The notes below the pieces were generated by a model. The model was not told the DNA's origin, ran no database searches, and worked only from the letters and a program-made list of their open reading frames with translations. A stretch of 64,000 nt of DNA, from contig NIVC01002755.1 in the NCBI GenBank assembly GCA_002269645.1, positions 1 to 64,000 on the forward strand, in the 5' to 3' direction. Positions 50,127 through 62,701 of the stretch are shown here, in pieces. Each line of letters begins with the position of its first letter. Position 1 is the first letter of the stretch. The position numbers and the translations under genes are program-made. This DNA comes from Macrostomum lignano. Lineage: Eukaryota.

Positions 50127-52305
50127 CTAGGCCTCCGCGCCCTCGCTGTTGCAGACTTCGCTGACGGTGGAGTACGAGAGCCCCGAGGGGGCCGGGGACG
50201 CGGCACCGGAAGAACAAGCCAATGGAATCGATGCCCAATCGGAGGCGCCGGCGCCTTCTTGCTCAACATCGTCGCCCTCGCCCTCACATTCGCTGGCGCC
50301 AAAGCGCGGCAGCAGGAGGCCGCAGGCGACGTCGGGCGGTACGACGACCCGGCCGAGGCGCAGGGGCTGCAACGTCGAAGCTTCCTGGACTTTTACGGTG
50401 CCGAGGGCCGCGTCTTCGGCGACCTGCAGAGCGGCGTCGGCGTCGGCAGGCTCGGCAAAGGTCACGAAGCCGAAGGCCGGCTTGCCCTGGGCTGGCCGCA
50501 CCAGCCAGAGGTCGACAACGCGACCGTGGATGCTGAGGCGCTGGCGCAGCTCCGCCTCGGTGGCCTCTGAAGGCGCGTTGGCCAGGTAGAGCCGGTGCTG
50601 CCAGTCCGGGCACTCGCGGACCAGCTCTCGCAGCAGCGGGTCCGCGCCGGGCTGGTTGGCCGGCCGGCTGACGCACAGGCGCTTCCCGACTGAGCGAGTG
50701 AGGCATCAGAGTGACAGCTGATGAGCTGAGCGAGTGAGGCACCAGAGTGACAGCTGATGAGCTGAGCGAGTGAGGCATCAGAGTGACAGCTGATGAGCTG
50801 AGCGAGTGACGCATCAGAGTGACAGCTGATGAGCTGAGCGAGTGAGGCATCAGAGTGACAGCTGATGAGCTGAGCGAGTGAAGCATCAGAGTGACAGCTG
50901 ATGAGCTGAGCGAGTGACGCATCAGAGTGACAGCTGATGAGCTGAGCGAGTGAGGCATCAGAGTGACAGCTGATGAGCTGAGCGAGTGAAGCATCAGAGT
51001 GACAGCTGATGAGCTGAGCGAGTGAGGCACCAGAGTGACAGCTGATGAGCTGAGCGAGTGAGGCACCAGAGTGACAGCTGATGAGCTGAGCGAGTGAAGC
51101 ACCAGAGTGACAGCTGATGAGCTGAGCGAGTGAAGCACCAGAGTGACAGCTGATGAGCTGAGCGAGTGAAGCACCAGAGTGACAGCTGATGAGCTGAGCG
51201 AGTGAGGCACCAGAGTGACAGCTGATGAGCTGAGCGAGTGAAGCACCAGAGTGACAGCCATCATTCAAGTCACAACCCAAGACACTCACGCAGCGACACA
51301 GTGTTGAGGCTCTCAATGGCCAACAGGGCGGCCTCGGGCAGCAGGAAATTGGCAAAAGCGAAGCCCCTGTTGATGCCGCCGGGCCGATGCCGATGGGCCA
51401 GGAGGGTCACAGGTCCGAACTCGGACAGCAGGTCGGTGAGCTGCGCGTCGGTGACGCGGGCAGGCAAGTTGCCGATGTACACCCGGCTGAGCAGCACCAC
51501 GGCGTAGGCGCGGTTCAGCCTCGGCTGGCTCTGCGGTTTGGGTGGGGAGATGCGCTACAGAGCGATTCTGGTGGCGTTACAGGGCTGAGATGTCAAGGCT
51601 CACTGGGGGAATTGCTGAGATGTCAAGGCTTACTGGGGGGGGGGGATTGCTGAGATGTCAAGGCTCACTGGGGGAATTGCTGAGAAGTCAAGGCTCACTG
51701 GGGGATTGCTGAGATGTCAAGGCTCACTGGGGGATTGCTGAGATGTCAAGGCTCACTGGGGAATTGCTGAGAAGTCAAGGCTCACTGGGGGAATTGCTGA
51801 GACGTCAAGGCAAATATGATTCACGAAGGGGGCACTAGATTGCTAATTCTGCAATAAAGGTTTAGTGCAGCTTTTAGTGCAACAACATATCCGTAAGCAA
51901 TATTCGGAGAGCAGACATCTGCCCAGCTGACTGGCAGCTCACATTCAGTCTGGCTCGAGTCAATAAGATAACTGAGTCCTATGCTAACGCTTTCAACACT
52001 ATCCGTGAGAGTCTCATGAGAGCGAATCGCACGAATACCCAAATTTTGGCTCCGTACAGAATCGAACTCAGGGGCCGTAGCGACCCGGCCGCCGCCTTAC
52101 CAGCTCCGGCCCGGCCCGGCACAGCGCGAACCGCACCGTCTCCCGCCTGGCGAACTGCGCCGCCCGACGCCTGGCGCGCCGCTGGCCAGCGTCGCCTGCG
52201 GGCAGCTCGAAAGTCGCAACGGCGCGACCGCGGCTGCCGACGGCGACTCCGGAGCCGAAAGCCAGCTCGCCGACCTGGACGAAGGAGTCAGCTGACCCGT
52301 GCTGA
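50127..52305 (-). CDS. Multi-RRM RNA-binding protein; exons ~52305-52101, 51530-51290, 50689-50127; start codon unresolved
   Basis: RRM-A: RVYIGNLPARVTDAQLTDLLSEFG...NRGFAFANF...AIESLNTVSL|LGKRLCV. RRM-B: RLYLANAPSEATEAELRQRLSIHG...KPAFGFVTF. Splice phases are compatible; the upstream exon may be a degenerate RRM. Confidence 0.8.
50690..51258. repeat. About 16 x 36-bp intronic array; each minus-strand unit ends in CACTCGCTCAG
   Basis: The last unit provides the acceptor at 50690 used by the RRM exon. Confidence 0.94.
51585..51810. repeat. ~30-bp intronic tandem repeat (TGCTGAGATGTCAAGGCTCACTGGGGGA)
   Basis: About 7 copies. Confidence 0.9.
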
Positions 52306-53136
52306 AGATTGAGCAAGCTTAAGATGCGTACTTGCGTGTGGATACTGGTTTGCACTTTTAGGCGCGGATTAAGACAGGATTAAAGTAGGCTACGGACAAT
52401 TTGAAGAGTGGTTGACAGTGGTTGACAGTGGTTGACAGTTTCTTCTGTTGAGACAAGAATCTAAAATTTCACAAACAGGAGCTGAACACCTGATTATCCG
52501 CGCAAGTCACCTTGGCTTAATGAAAGTCACAAACAAAGACCAAAACAAAGAGTTTATTTTCCTTCAACGGAAGCGCTCTGCACTTAGCAAACAGCGCCCA
52601 GACAGGTATATTTACATTTATTTAGCATCGCATAGTTGCATAAAAAAGCCTATCGAGTGCCTACTAACAGTAGCTAGGGCAGAGAATTACACCGGCTAAA
52701 ATAACAGAGTTTATCCGAAAAGAGTAACGCAAAAAATGATGAGAGAGGAGGAAAAGGTTAACAAGTTAATTTCCGGGGATGATACAAAATTGATTAGCTT
52801 AATTATTGAAGTTTGTCGCAATATGCAGTCGGACAGGCCAAGCAAACTGATAATGAGTCAGGGCAATCGGTAACCGCTAAGCACAACACTGAAATGCGGA
52901 TATAAATAGCATTATAATTATAGTACATTAGTATAGTACAGGGAGCTGCCCATTCTGCCTGAATCAATGAGCGACAACCAGGCAGACATTGCGGTGAAAA
53001 AATGCCGCATAGAAATAAAGGAGTTTTTAAGTAGCAAACGGGATTACACGACAGAGCAGGTCGGCGAAACTAATGCAGATAATGAGCGACACGAGGCGAG
53101 GACGCCGAGGGCACCGTGGCAGCGGCTAAGGAAGCT

Positions 53137-55898
53137 TCAGGCGCCAACCTCAACCTCGATGTCGGAGCCCTCCTCCTCCTCGATCTCCGAGTCGGACAGC
53201 GGCACCATCTGGCTGTGCGGGTGGTGGTGGCCGATGCCGCCCACCACGGCGGACGGGATGGCCTGGATGATCTGCGGCATGCCGGCGCCAGCGGCTGCGG
53301 CGGCCCCGGCAGCTGCGGCCTCCAGCTTGCGCTGGGCGTGCACCGACTCGAAGTCGGGGACGACGGCCTCGCGCCGCTCGTACAGCGCGTTGACGAAGAA
53401 TCGCAGCGAGGGCGGCACGGACTCGATGATGTCGTCAACCGGCTCGTTGTTGGTGGCCAGCTGGTAGCCCAGCGAGCGCAGCACGGCCGTGTCGTCCGAG
53501 ATCTCGAAGGTGTGGTCGAAGGTGAACAGGTACTCCAGCTTGTCCTTGGTGATGTTGCAGTCGGTGACAGTGTTGGGCGGGCAGGAGATCACCAGGAACG
53601 GCAGGTGCAGCAGGGAGGCTTTAGGCGCCTGGCCGTACATCTGCTCATTCTCCCGGTTCCGCTTGACCAGCTGCTTGAAGGCGATGAGCTGGCACACCTG
53701 AGGGAGACGGGAGGGATCAAAAGTCAGGCTGCAGTGGGAGCACAGATCCCACCAACAGTCAGGCTGCAGTGGGAGCACAGATCCCACCAACAGTCAGGAT
53801 GCAGTGGGAACACAGATCCCATCAACAGTCAGGATGCAGTGGAAGCACAGATCCCACCAACAGTCAGGATGCAGTGGGAGCACAAATCCCATCAACAATC
53901 AGGCTGAGGTCACGCGGAGGGATTAAACACAAGGGAAGGCACCCAGTCAGCACCCAGCAGATGTCAGGCCAACCAACCTTCTCGGAGATCTCGTTGGCCT
54001 TCTCCCGAATCCGCTTGAGCCGCTCCTCCCGCTCCTCCTGCAGCTTGCGGCACTGCACGATGGCGTTGAGCGGCATGCCGACCCAGGTGATCTCCTTGTT
54101 GTCCCGGCGAATGACGCCCATGGCCAGCAGGACGTTCAGAGTGTCGTAGGCCCTGCGGCGGATGTTCTTCTGATGGTAGATGAGCTGGTCCTGCGGCATC
54201 AGTGGGTGCTCAGCCGCGAATTCGTGCACGAGCTCGTCGGCCACCTCATAGTAGGAGGTGATGGTCTTGTTCTGCAGCTTCTCAACCACTGCGCCGGCGT
54301 ACTTGCGCAGGCCGGAGCCGCCGCGGGCCCCCGAGCCCGCGTAGTCGTCGTCGTCCATCCAGTCCTCGGCGCCAGCCGGGCCGGCGGAGCCGCGGGCGCG
54401 CGGCGCGAAGCCCAGGCCGAAGCCGGCGCCGCCGCGCACGGAGGTCGGCGTGACGGCCTTCAGCTTGGGGTCGGGCAGGAAGCCGCGCGCCTGGACGGCG
54501 CCACTGCCGAGCTTCCGCTGTTGCTGCTGCTGTTGCTGCATCGGGAGGCTGCGCACCTGCAATGCAAAGTCAAATCAATCAGTGAGATATTGACAGACCG
54601 TTGACAATGACAGTAAAAATTAGACCTGTAATACATGATATTTGTTAGAATTGATAAGACAACGATAGTGCCGGTGATTTTACAAGATTTGCAGTTTTAC
54701 ACGACTACTGTCAGCTTGCGCCTACTAATAAGTAGAAAGTATAGAGTGTGGCGCGAAACTTATAAGTCGAAAGTCTATTTATATTTTTTATATTTTTCGA
54801 ACGAAATGAATTATTATGTAAAAGTTACTCAGCTAAAAGTGAATTCAGTCCAACCTGAATGATCCGCTGCGCCCCGGCAGCGGTGATGACGCGCAGAGTC
54901 TGGCCGCCCTGCTGCTGCATTCCCCCCGGGCCGACCTGCCGGACAATCTGCTGCTGCTGCTGCTGCTGAGACCGCGGCGGCAGCGTGATGATCTTGATAC
55001 TGCCTGTGCCGGACTGCTGGCTCCCCGCTGCCAGCTTCTGCACCGGCAGGCGAATCACCCGCACCGGCTTGCCGCTGCCGTCTCCGACGCCGCCAGCGCC
55101 GGCACTGCTGACGGTTGGAGCCGCCATGGCGACCGAGTGCCCGGCCGATCCGGCCGTTGTCTGAATGCGGATAACGCGGGGCTGCGACGCGGCCGCCGAT
55201 GGATGAACCTAGCAGGTAGGGCAGTTGGCGGGGTCAGAGAAAGGTCAAATTGAGGACACTTGGCAACGATCGACACCACTTAGCAACATACCTATCGACA
55301 TCAGTTAGTGACATATCTTATCGACACCAGTTAGCGACATACCTATCGACACCACTTACCGAAATACCTATCGACACCACTTACCGACATACCTATCGAC
55401 ACCACTTACCGACATACCTTATCGACACCACTTAGCAACATACCTATTGACAACAGATAGCGACATACCTATCGACAACAGATAGCGACATACCTATCAA
55501 CACCAGTTAGCGGCATACCTTATCGACACCATTTACCGAAATACCTATCGACACCACTTACCGACATACCTTATCGACACCACTTAGCAACATACCTATT
55601 GACAACAGATAGCGACATACCTATCGACACCAGTTAGCGGCATACCTTATCGACACCAGTCAGTGACATACCCATTAAAGCCCTGCTTCTCACATACCTG
55701 AATGACAGTTGGCTGTCTGGCTTCGCCGCCGGGCGACTCTTCAACCCTAGTAGTTGTGGGCTCCCGCTTGAGCTGGCCGCCAGAGCTTTCTCGAAGCTGC
55801 GCAGAAGCAAAGGCGGAGGACTCGGCAGCATTGCCAACAACAACTTCTTCAGCCACATCTGACTCCATAAAGTCCAGCGATTCTACATCAACATCCAT
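53137..55898 (-). CDS. TFDP: Transcription factor DP (E2F dimerisation partner); exons 55898-55698, 55208-54855, 54556-53978, 53697-53137 (564 aa)
   Basis: Winged-helix domain GLRKYA...VEKLQNKTITSYYEVADELVHEF...QKNIRRRAYDTLNVLLAMGVI...KEITWVGMP. DP domain AFKQLVKRNR...LHLPFLVIS...TDCNITKDKLEYLFTFDHTFEISDDTAVLRSLG. All introns are phase 0. Confidence 0.95.
53724..53905. repeat. 5 x 35-bp repeat in DP intron 3
   Basis: CAGGATGCAGTGGGAGCACAGATCCCACCAACAGT. Confidence 0.9.
55258..55665. repeat. ~23-bp degenerate minisatellite in DP intron 1
   Basis: ACATACCTATCGACACCACTTAGC-like units. Confidence 0.9.
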
Positions 55899-55916
55899 GA
55901 TTGCTATTGGGTTTGA

Positions 55917-55935
55917 ACTGCAAGTAGAGGAATGA
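55917..55935 (-). other. 3' splice acceptor 19 nt upstream of the DP ATG (5'UTR intron or trans-splice acceptor)
   Basis: CATTCCTCTACTTGCAG|TTCAAACCCAATAGCAATCATG. Confidence 0.5.
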
Positions 55936-57624
55936 TGTAATATGTCAATCATAGTATTGTAAAGTTATTTAAATTTTAAGACATTTTACATTCCACTATG
56001 GCATCCTGAGTTCTAAAAAACTTTAAAGCATACTCTCACCCTTGAGTAGGAAAGCAGGCTATTATCAAATTGATCTTACAAATTTTTGTATAGTTGGAAT
56101 TTGTGAAAAATCTGGTTACTTATTCCAATAATAAGGAATAAAAGCTTATTTTTAATTTATTCCTTTGTTTAGAATCTGGGTCTCACATTTTGAATGCAAA
56201 CCATAAACTTATAATGCCATTGGCATCAGTCATCAAAGTGGTGCAAAGTATCTCAGCAGTAAATGTGTCAGTGGGTCTTTCCCCAACCTTTCCAATGTCA
56301 TACTAGCACTAAAGGATGCCAAGGCCACATGGGCAGCCCTCATCTCTGATGCCTCAGAGCTGGACTTGTTAATGACTTTCTTGGCTAGGCTCTACAAGTA
56401 GGGGAACTACAAGAATAGTACAACCAACTATGTGCGATTGAATGAGACAGAAAACTGTGACCCACTTACTACCCGTCTGCCCTACCATTTATATATGCAG
56501 TGCACATGTTGCTTCTCTTCCACCATGAGGTCGTTGATCACTTGCCAGGTGGTGCTCTATATAATCTGCTAAACAATAATTCCCATTTGGCTGCTGCTGC
56601 TCCCAAGGGCAATGTTGCATATGGGGTGTCTTGCAGTACTAGATGCTAAAATTCCTCCTAAACGCTAAAAATGTCATTTTACTTTGCAAGTATGTTTCTT
56701 AAAAAATCCATCTCTTAAAGTATATCATTTTTTAATATTACAATTTATTTTGATTGTAAACAAAAATAAAATTTTAGTTATAACTCAAAATTACTAATGT
56801 ATAGTTTTTAGGGATTAAAAGCCAAAAAATACTTCAAACCTAAATGGTTCAAATTGAAATTACTAACTTCCTTCTTTCCTTCCTAAATATGGCAAAGGTT
56901 AGGACATAAGAATAGAAAATCCATATAAGAAATACATGTAAAAATTAATATAGGTAGATTAAAGAATTCTATTTGGAGGGGCTAAAAATGGGTGCTGACC
57001 AATTTGGCCACAAACAAATGTAGCAATTTGGTAACAGAAATTCACTATGGACAAATTTGGCAACAATCTAGTTGAATTTGGTGACAAAAATTAAGGAAGA
57101 ATAATTGAGTATAATCTTATTATTTTTTTGGACAATGGTATTAGTCATTGCATATTAGCTTTTCCTCTTTAGTTTTTTTTTCAAATTGACAATCAGATAA
57201 GATAATATGCATTTTGACTTGTCATTGCATCTGGGTGAAAGCACTTTACAATGCCAATGGCTTTAAGGAAGCAGACAGAAATGCATAGCCAAATTTCAGA
57301 AAAATGGAACTTTCACAAGCATTTTAAAAAACCTTATTATATGTAATTTTCTTTAACTTTAACTATAACTCATTTTTAGTATATGGAATTATAATATAAA
57401 AGATTTGTTGCCAAATTTGCTTTTGCCAATTTGTCTATATTAAATCTCTGTTGGCAAATTTGTGTGCATTAAAAAACAGGCATTAGCTAAATCTAAGTGC
57501 TTCTATACTTTTTGAAATAATTAAATGTTCTAAGATTAAAAAGATAAACTTGAATTTTTTACAAAATTCCAACTGTTTTAGCAAATCAACTTTGTTATGT
57601 TAACCATGCTATGTTGTCAAATGT

Positions 57625-58020
57625 ATGCCACTGGCTTGTGATCAAAGCACTCAACAGAGGTGAACACCCAAAGGATATTGCAAGGTTGCTGAATATAGAA
57701 GAAAGATGGTTTACAGCATCCATTAGCATGTTGAAACCACTTCTGGCATAGGTTGCCTGTGAAAGGTGGCAATCACCAAGGCAAGTTGTTACACAGGTCC
57801 AACTGCTACTTAATGCAATTGAGACGAACCCTTTGTTGACATTGCAGAAAAAGCAACAGCAATTGAAGGAACAGTTCCAGTTGGTTATCAGATTTGAGAA
57901 GAGCTCTGGAAAAGCAACTGAAAATTACCAGTATAGACGCTGACATTCCAGCGGTGCGCAACAACCCTTAGGTGGTTGTGAGAAGGCAAGAGTTTGCCAT
58001 TGGCTCACAAGCATTTGGAC
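57625..58020 (+). mobile_element. Decayed Tc1/IS630-like transposase 5' fragment
   Basis: Frame-switching reading VIKALNRGEHPKDIARLLNI...KGGNH...LLLNAIETNPLLTL...LRRALEKQLKIT...RNNP*VVVRRQEFA fits an HTH-region pattern. Confidence 0.5.
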
Positions 58021-59224
58021 CAAATTGATTATTTATTAGGTATAATTTTTTGTTTTTAAATCTATGATGCAGTTTACAAAGGTATTTTTGTTTTACTCTA
58101 CCTGTTTCAATTTTTTTTTAATTTATAACTATGGCTATAGGAATCTATAGAATATGACAGCAACTACTATAGTTCTATAGTCTTAGCTGTAAGAGCAGCT
58201 CTCTATTGTAGGCATATCCATAGTTGTTATAAGCACCTATTTTACAATATTTGCCATAAGATCCCATAGCTATAGCTGTAGCTACAGCAAAACACTGTTA
58301 TTAATGCCAATTAACTAATTAACATTTATTAAAAGATTGGTACCCCAAAGTTCAGAAGGTGACATATATGCTGAGATTTCTTAGCATACAACATGGGTCT
58401 TACTATTTTTTAACATACATCAGGATATATCCTAGCGTACATGACAGTCGATACATTGAGTCAAATGACAATTTTTTGGTATTGGCATACAAACCCAACA
58501 TATAAATGAGGTCTCATCATTTTTCTAGCATTAAATCTAATATACACTAATATACAATCCAAACTATGGCTAGTACCCAACATTGATAGTTAGAGTTAGA
58601 GCTTACTGGTTCTTCTAAAAATGGAAAACTAATTTAAAAAAAACTATTACTTACTTTTTAAGAAATTAAAATTAAATAAAAAATAGTTAAAAGAAACTAG
58701 GCCTAGTTTTTTTAACAATTCAATAAAAAAAATCTTTTTTACTTGTTATCTTTTAATCTTTAAAAATCTAACCTTAAAAAATTTAAAAGCATTAAATATT
58801 GGTCATAATATGTAAACTTTTTTTGCCATTTTTTGTATACAATAAAAAGTCCATTGGTATACATAAGCTAGGGAAGCAATTTTCATTCCAGTGTATACTG
58901 GTATACAATCCTAACTGACTTCCAAGTACTGTTACAAATGTTTTGATGACTCTTGTTGTTTGTGATTTATTTTTATCAATACAACAATTTGAACAATAGA
59001 TAAAATGAATTTAAAAAGCTAAAAACATATTTCCATTGGGCATAGAAATTGGTTAAATAAAAAGTTAATAAAGAATTGACTATATAAAATCAACTAGTAA
59101 TATAGAAAAATTAGTAGAGAAAAGGTTATTAAAAGTTTCTCACTGATTGCATTGTATGATAAACATCATTACAATAGCATTATTGCCTATAAGTTATGGA
59201 ATGTCATTCGCCTTCAATCATTAT

Positions 59225-59770
59225 GGTTAATGTGTGATGGAAGGTCCCCTGCCTATGGCCTTTATCCCTATCGCCGTTGTTACCACTTGTATCAACCAGT
59301 GGCAGTGGGTGACTTCTAAGCACAAGGAGAGATGGGCTAATACCCACAACTGCCAGCAATCCTGTGCAGCTGTCCCCTGTCCTTTCTCTGCCTTGCGCAG
59401 GGCCCTGCTTAGACTCAATTGCAAGGACATCAAGATAATGACCATGGCCCTCTTGGGTCATGGCTGCTTTGCGAGGCATCGTCACCTCTAGGGGAAAATC
59501 CATAGTGAGGAATGCCCTTTTTGTCACTCTGGTGTTGAGAATGTGGAGCACTTCATCTGTGAATACCCCCTCTTTACTCATGACAAGCTCACCTACTTTA
59601 GCCTAAACCTAGACCTCTCCAACATTTTCAGGCCCAAGAATCTCTGCCAGTTCATCCATTACCTAAGGGCTACCAGGCAAGCAACAATCCACCTCCTGGA
59701 CTCTCCAGAGGGGGACCGCACTGTGGACACTGGCACCACTAGAACTCCTTGCGTGACACTGCAGCACTAG
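59225..59770 (+). mobile_element. 3' remnant of a non-LTR retrotransposon (post-RT region with CCHC knuckle)
   Basis: [13 protein letters not shown]...[54 protein letters not shown]. Confidence 0.75.
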
Positions 59771-60048
59771 CTGCCCATGGTTGCCAGAGGCTAGCAAAGT
59801 ATGTGGCAACGCCACTTTGCTGTCTTTGGACACACGGAACCCCCTGCAGCTAAGTCAAGAAGTGATGGAAGGTCACCTTGCGACAGAGAATAGGCCTATC
59901 AAGTGCTATACATAGAATGCCAACAAGCAATAAGAAAGTGAAGCTGATTTTTGCGTGCAATATTTTTATCTGGGCACTTGCCTTTGGGCCAGAAATGGTA
60001 ATCTAATGAATAATTGCTGGAAGCAGTGCCATATACTAAGCTCAAAAT

Positions 60049-60234
60049 CAGTAGCGCAACCAGAAATTTTTCAAGGGGGGGGGGCGGATTCTGAGGGTAA
60101 AGTCCCAGGAGGGGGGGCGGTGGAGGGGTGGCTGTTTTTGGCGAAAATTCGCTTGGTCCCCCCTTTGATTTTTTTTCGGTCCCCCGCCTAAGGGGGGGGC
60201 GACCGCCCCCCGGCCCCCCCTGGTTGCGCCACTG
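60049..60234. mobile_element. 186-bp hAT-type MITE
   Basis: 15-bp TIRs CAGTAGCGCAACCAG / CTGGTTGCGCCACTG (1 mismatch), flanked by a perfect 8-bp TSD CTCAAAAT (60041-60048 and 60235-60242). Confidence 0.92.
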
Positions 60235-61121
60235 CTCAAAATAGATTATTAAGAGAATTGTTACATATGTATTTGCTATTAACAAGTCGCATTAGCGAAA
60301 ATAATGAACTTACTGAAATTATTTGGCCTATATAATTAACGAAAATAATTTGGCCTAATTTGTCTAAGGCCAAAAGAGAAATGACCGGCTTTGTGGTGAA
60401 ATTGGCTTTACTTTTGTCTTATGCATTCCTTTAGCGGTTGGCATTCTATGTATAGCGCTCGATATTCTCTGCCTTGCAATTATTTAAAACGCACAAATAA
60501 AAATTGCCATAAAATTTTTTGATATGATCTAGATTTTATCTATTTTAGAATCAGAAGACACATAGAACTTTGGTTATTAATGTATGAATAGATAATAGAA
60601 TAAAGTTAACTGACTCGACGATCGATCGACAGTGTCCGACACATAGATCTTTATTCAAACAGAGAATAACGCTCGATATATATTCTCTGTATTCTAATGA
60701 TCTATGATTAAAAACATAGAAAAAACTCAGAAAAACAAATACTCAAAAATGGTGCCTTTTATAGCGTTGCTAAAAATAAATTGCTTTATTTTTCATTTTA
60801 TTAGATTTACTTTCTATTTTTTTTGTTTCAGGAACTAAATCAACTACATTTAGAAGTCATCTTTGCATTTTTAACAAAGAATAAAGAAGCGTGTTTTACA
60901 TTGCCTAGTCAGAATTTAGCATCAGCTTAGAATGATAGATAATGGTTGAAAAATGCTAAATATTAGAAAGTATTTCTTTTCAAAAATTGAATTTTGTGTA
61001 CAATGACGGCAAGTTTTGAATGACCTCGAGGAAATTGATTTAACGTTCATTCCTATGATTCGGGTAAAGTTTTCAACAATAGATTTTTTAATATTAAACC
61101 CTAATCATATAATTTCACTAA

Positions 61122-62701
61122 ATGGAATCAAGCGGAGCATCAAACAGTTCAAGCCCAGGAGGTACTGCACCAAATTCGTCTCCGAGCTTTACTCCACCAA
61201 TTAAAAGTGAACAGCTCCCTGTTGGAAAGAAGCTGACTAAAGATCTTGTGTTGTCGAAGTCTAAAGGAGGGAGTCTCATTGAAATTAAAAAGATCGTTGT
61301 ATGGTATGTTATTTTTAGTTGCTTTGATTGATGTTTTATAGAAGCACATAGCTTTGGTGAAGAAATTTCTCTTCCATTTGTGAATGTATACTCAAAAATA
61401 TCAAAATAGTTGACTAGGTGATGTGTAGACGCTGATCGAAAGACACTGCTCACTGGGGCAAAGGGTGGCGACTTTTCAATGTTCCTGAGTATATTTTAAT
61501 TTAATGTTAAAAAGTGAAAATTAATAAGAAATTTAATCGAAAGCTGATTTTTCTGGGTTATTCTTTAAATGAAAAACCAGAAAGGTATAGGCCTAACTAT
61601 AGCAGATTTTGTTTGAAAACATGCTTTTAACCTACCTGTTTTGCTATTTTAGGGGACAGAAGATCACAGACTGCAGTATTGTTACAGAAATACCTGAACT
61701 TGAGGTTGCATCTATGAAGTGAGTCAATATAATTTTAAATGACTTGATTGATTCATATTTTCTGTACATAGCATCATCAAAAATTGTTTTTTCTTTTAGT
61801 GCTAATAAGATTTCGAGTCTTGAGCCATTTGGCCAGTGCCCCAACCTCAGGGAGCTATTTTTGAGAAGCAACTGCATTGAAGAATTGCAAGAAATATTCT
61901 ATCTAAAAGATCTACCAAATCTTCAAGTTCTTTGGCTAGCTGGCAATCCATGCACCAAGAATCCGAAGTACCGCTGCACTATTGTAAGGAATCTTGAGCA
62001 ACTACTAAAACTCGATGACATGGGTAAGTGAATATGCATTCACAATGGACACAATGGCCGCCAGTCTTTATGGAGAGCTTTATAAATTTCGCTGCGGTTT
62101 TTCCCTCACAGAAATCAGCCCAGAGGAGCGGGCACGCAGCGAATCCGACGGCCTGCTGTTCGAACAGCCGCCAGCCCAGCCGACTGCAGTTGAGCCGGCG
62201 GTAGCCAGCGAGCCTCCTCTGCTTCTTAACCTTGCTGAGCAAATGCGGCCAGCCGAGGACGTGAAGCTGAACGAGGCCGCCGTGTCGCCTCCAGAGGAAC
62301 CGGCTTTGCCAAGCAAGGCTGCTGAGAGTGCCGCTGGGACCGGGAACGCCGAAGCTTCGTCTGCAGAGCCGTCAAAACCAGCACCAGCACCGACGACTAG
62401 CGCCGACACACCTGTCGTAATTTCTGAATCGTCGGCGGCAGCGAATTCAATGTCGCCAGCCAGCCGCCCGAGTACAGCGGCGGCTGCAGGTGTTGTCGCG
62501 CCGCTGCCTCGCTACGCCATGACGGAAGTTCGTACAGCCGTGCTGCGCCTCATCCGGCTGCTGGACCAGGAGAGCCTGCAACTTGTCATGCACACCGTGC
62601 GTGCCCGCCTGCAGGAGGGCGCCGGCGCCACCCCCGACCAGCAGCAGCCGCCGCAGACCGCAGCCAGTGTATCGCCCTCCTTCTCCCTGGACAATCTATG
62701 A
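61122..62701 (+). CDS. CFAP410: Cilia- and flagella-associated protein 410 (C21orf2) orthologue; exons 61122-61303, 61653-61718, 61800-62023, 62112-62701
   Basis: KLTKDLVLSKSK...W|GQKITDCSI...N.ISSLEPF..C..LRELFLRSNCI..L.EIFYLKDLPNLQVLWLAGNPC...YRCTIVRNL..L.KLD plus C-terminal helix VRTAVLRLIRLLDQESLQLVMHTVRARL; splice phases 2, 2, 1 are all compatible. Confidence 0.92.

Noticed and set aside
52967-53907. Plus-strand ORFs overlapping DP
   Set aside because: GC-rich antisense shadows of the clearly homologous DP exons.
56990-57480. Foldback/MITE suggested by CAAATTTGGCAAC inverted motifs
   Set aside because: Boundaries and TSD could not be defined, and the AT-rich context makes chance matches plausible.
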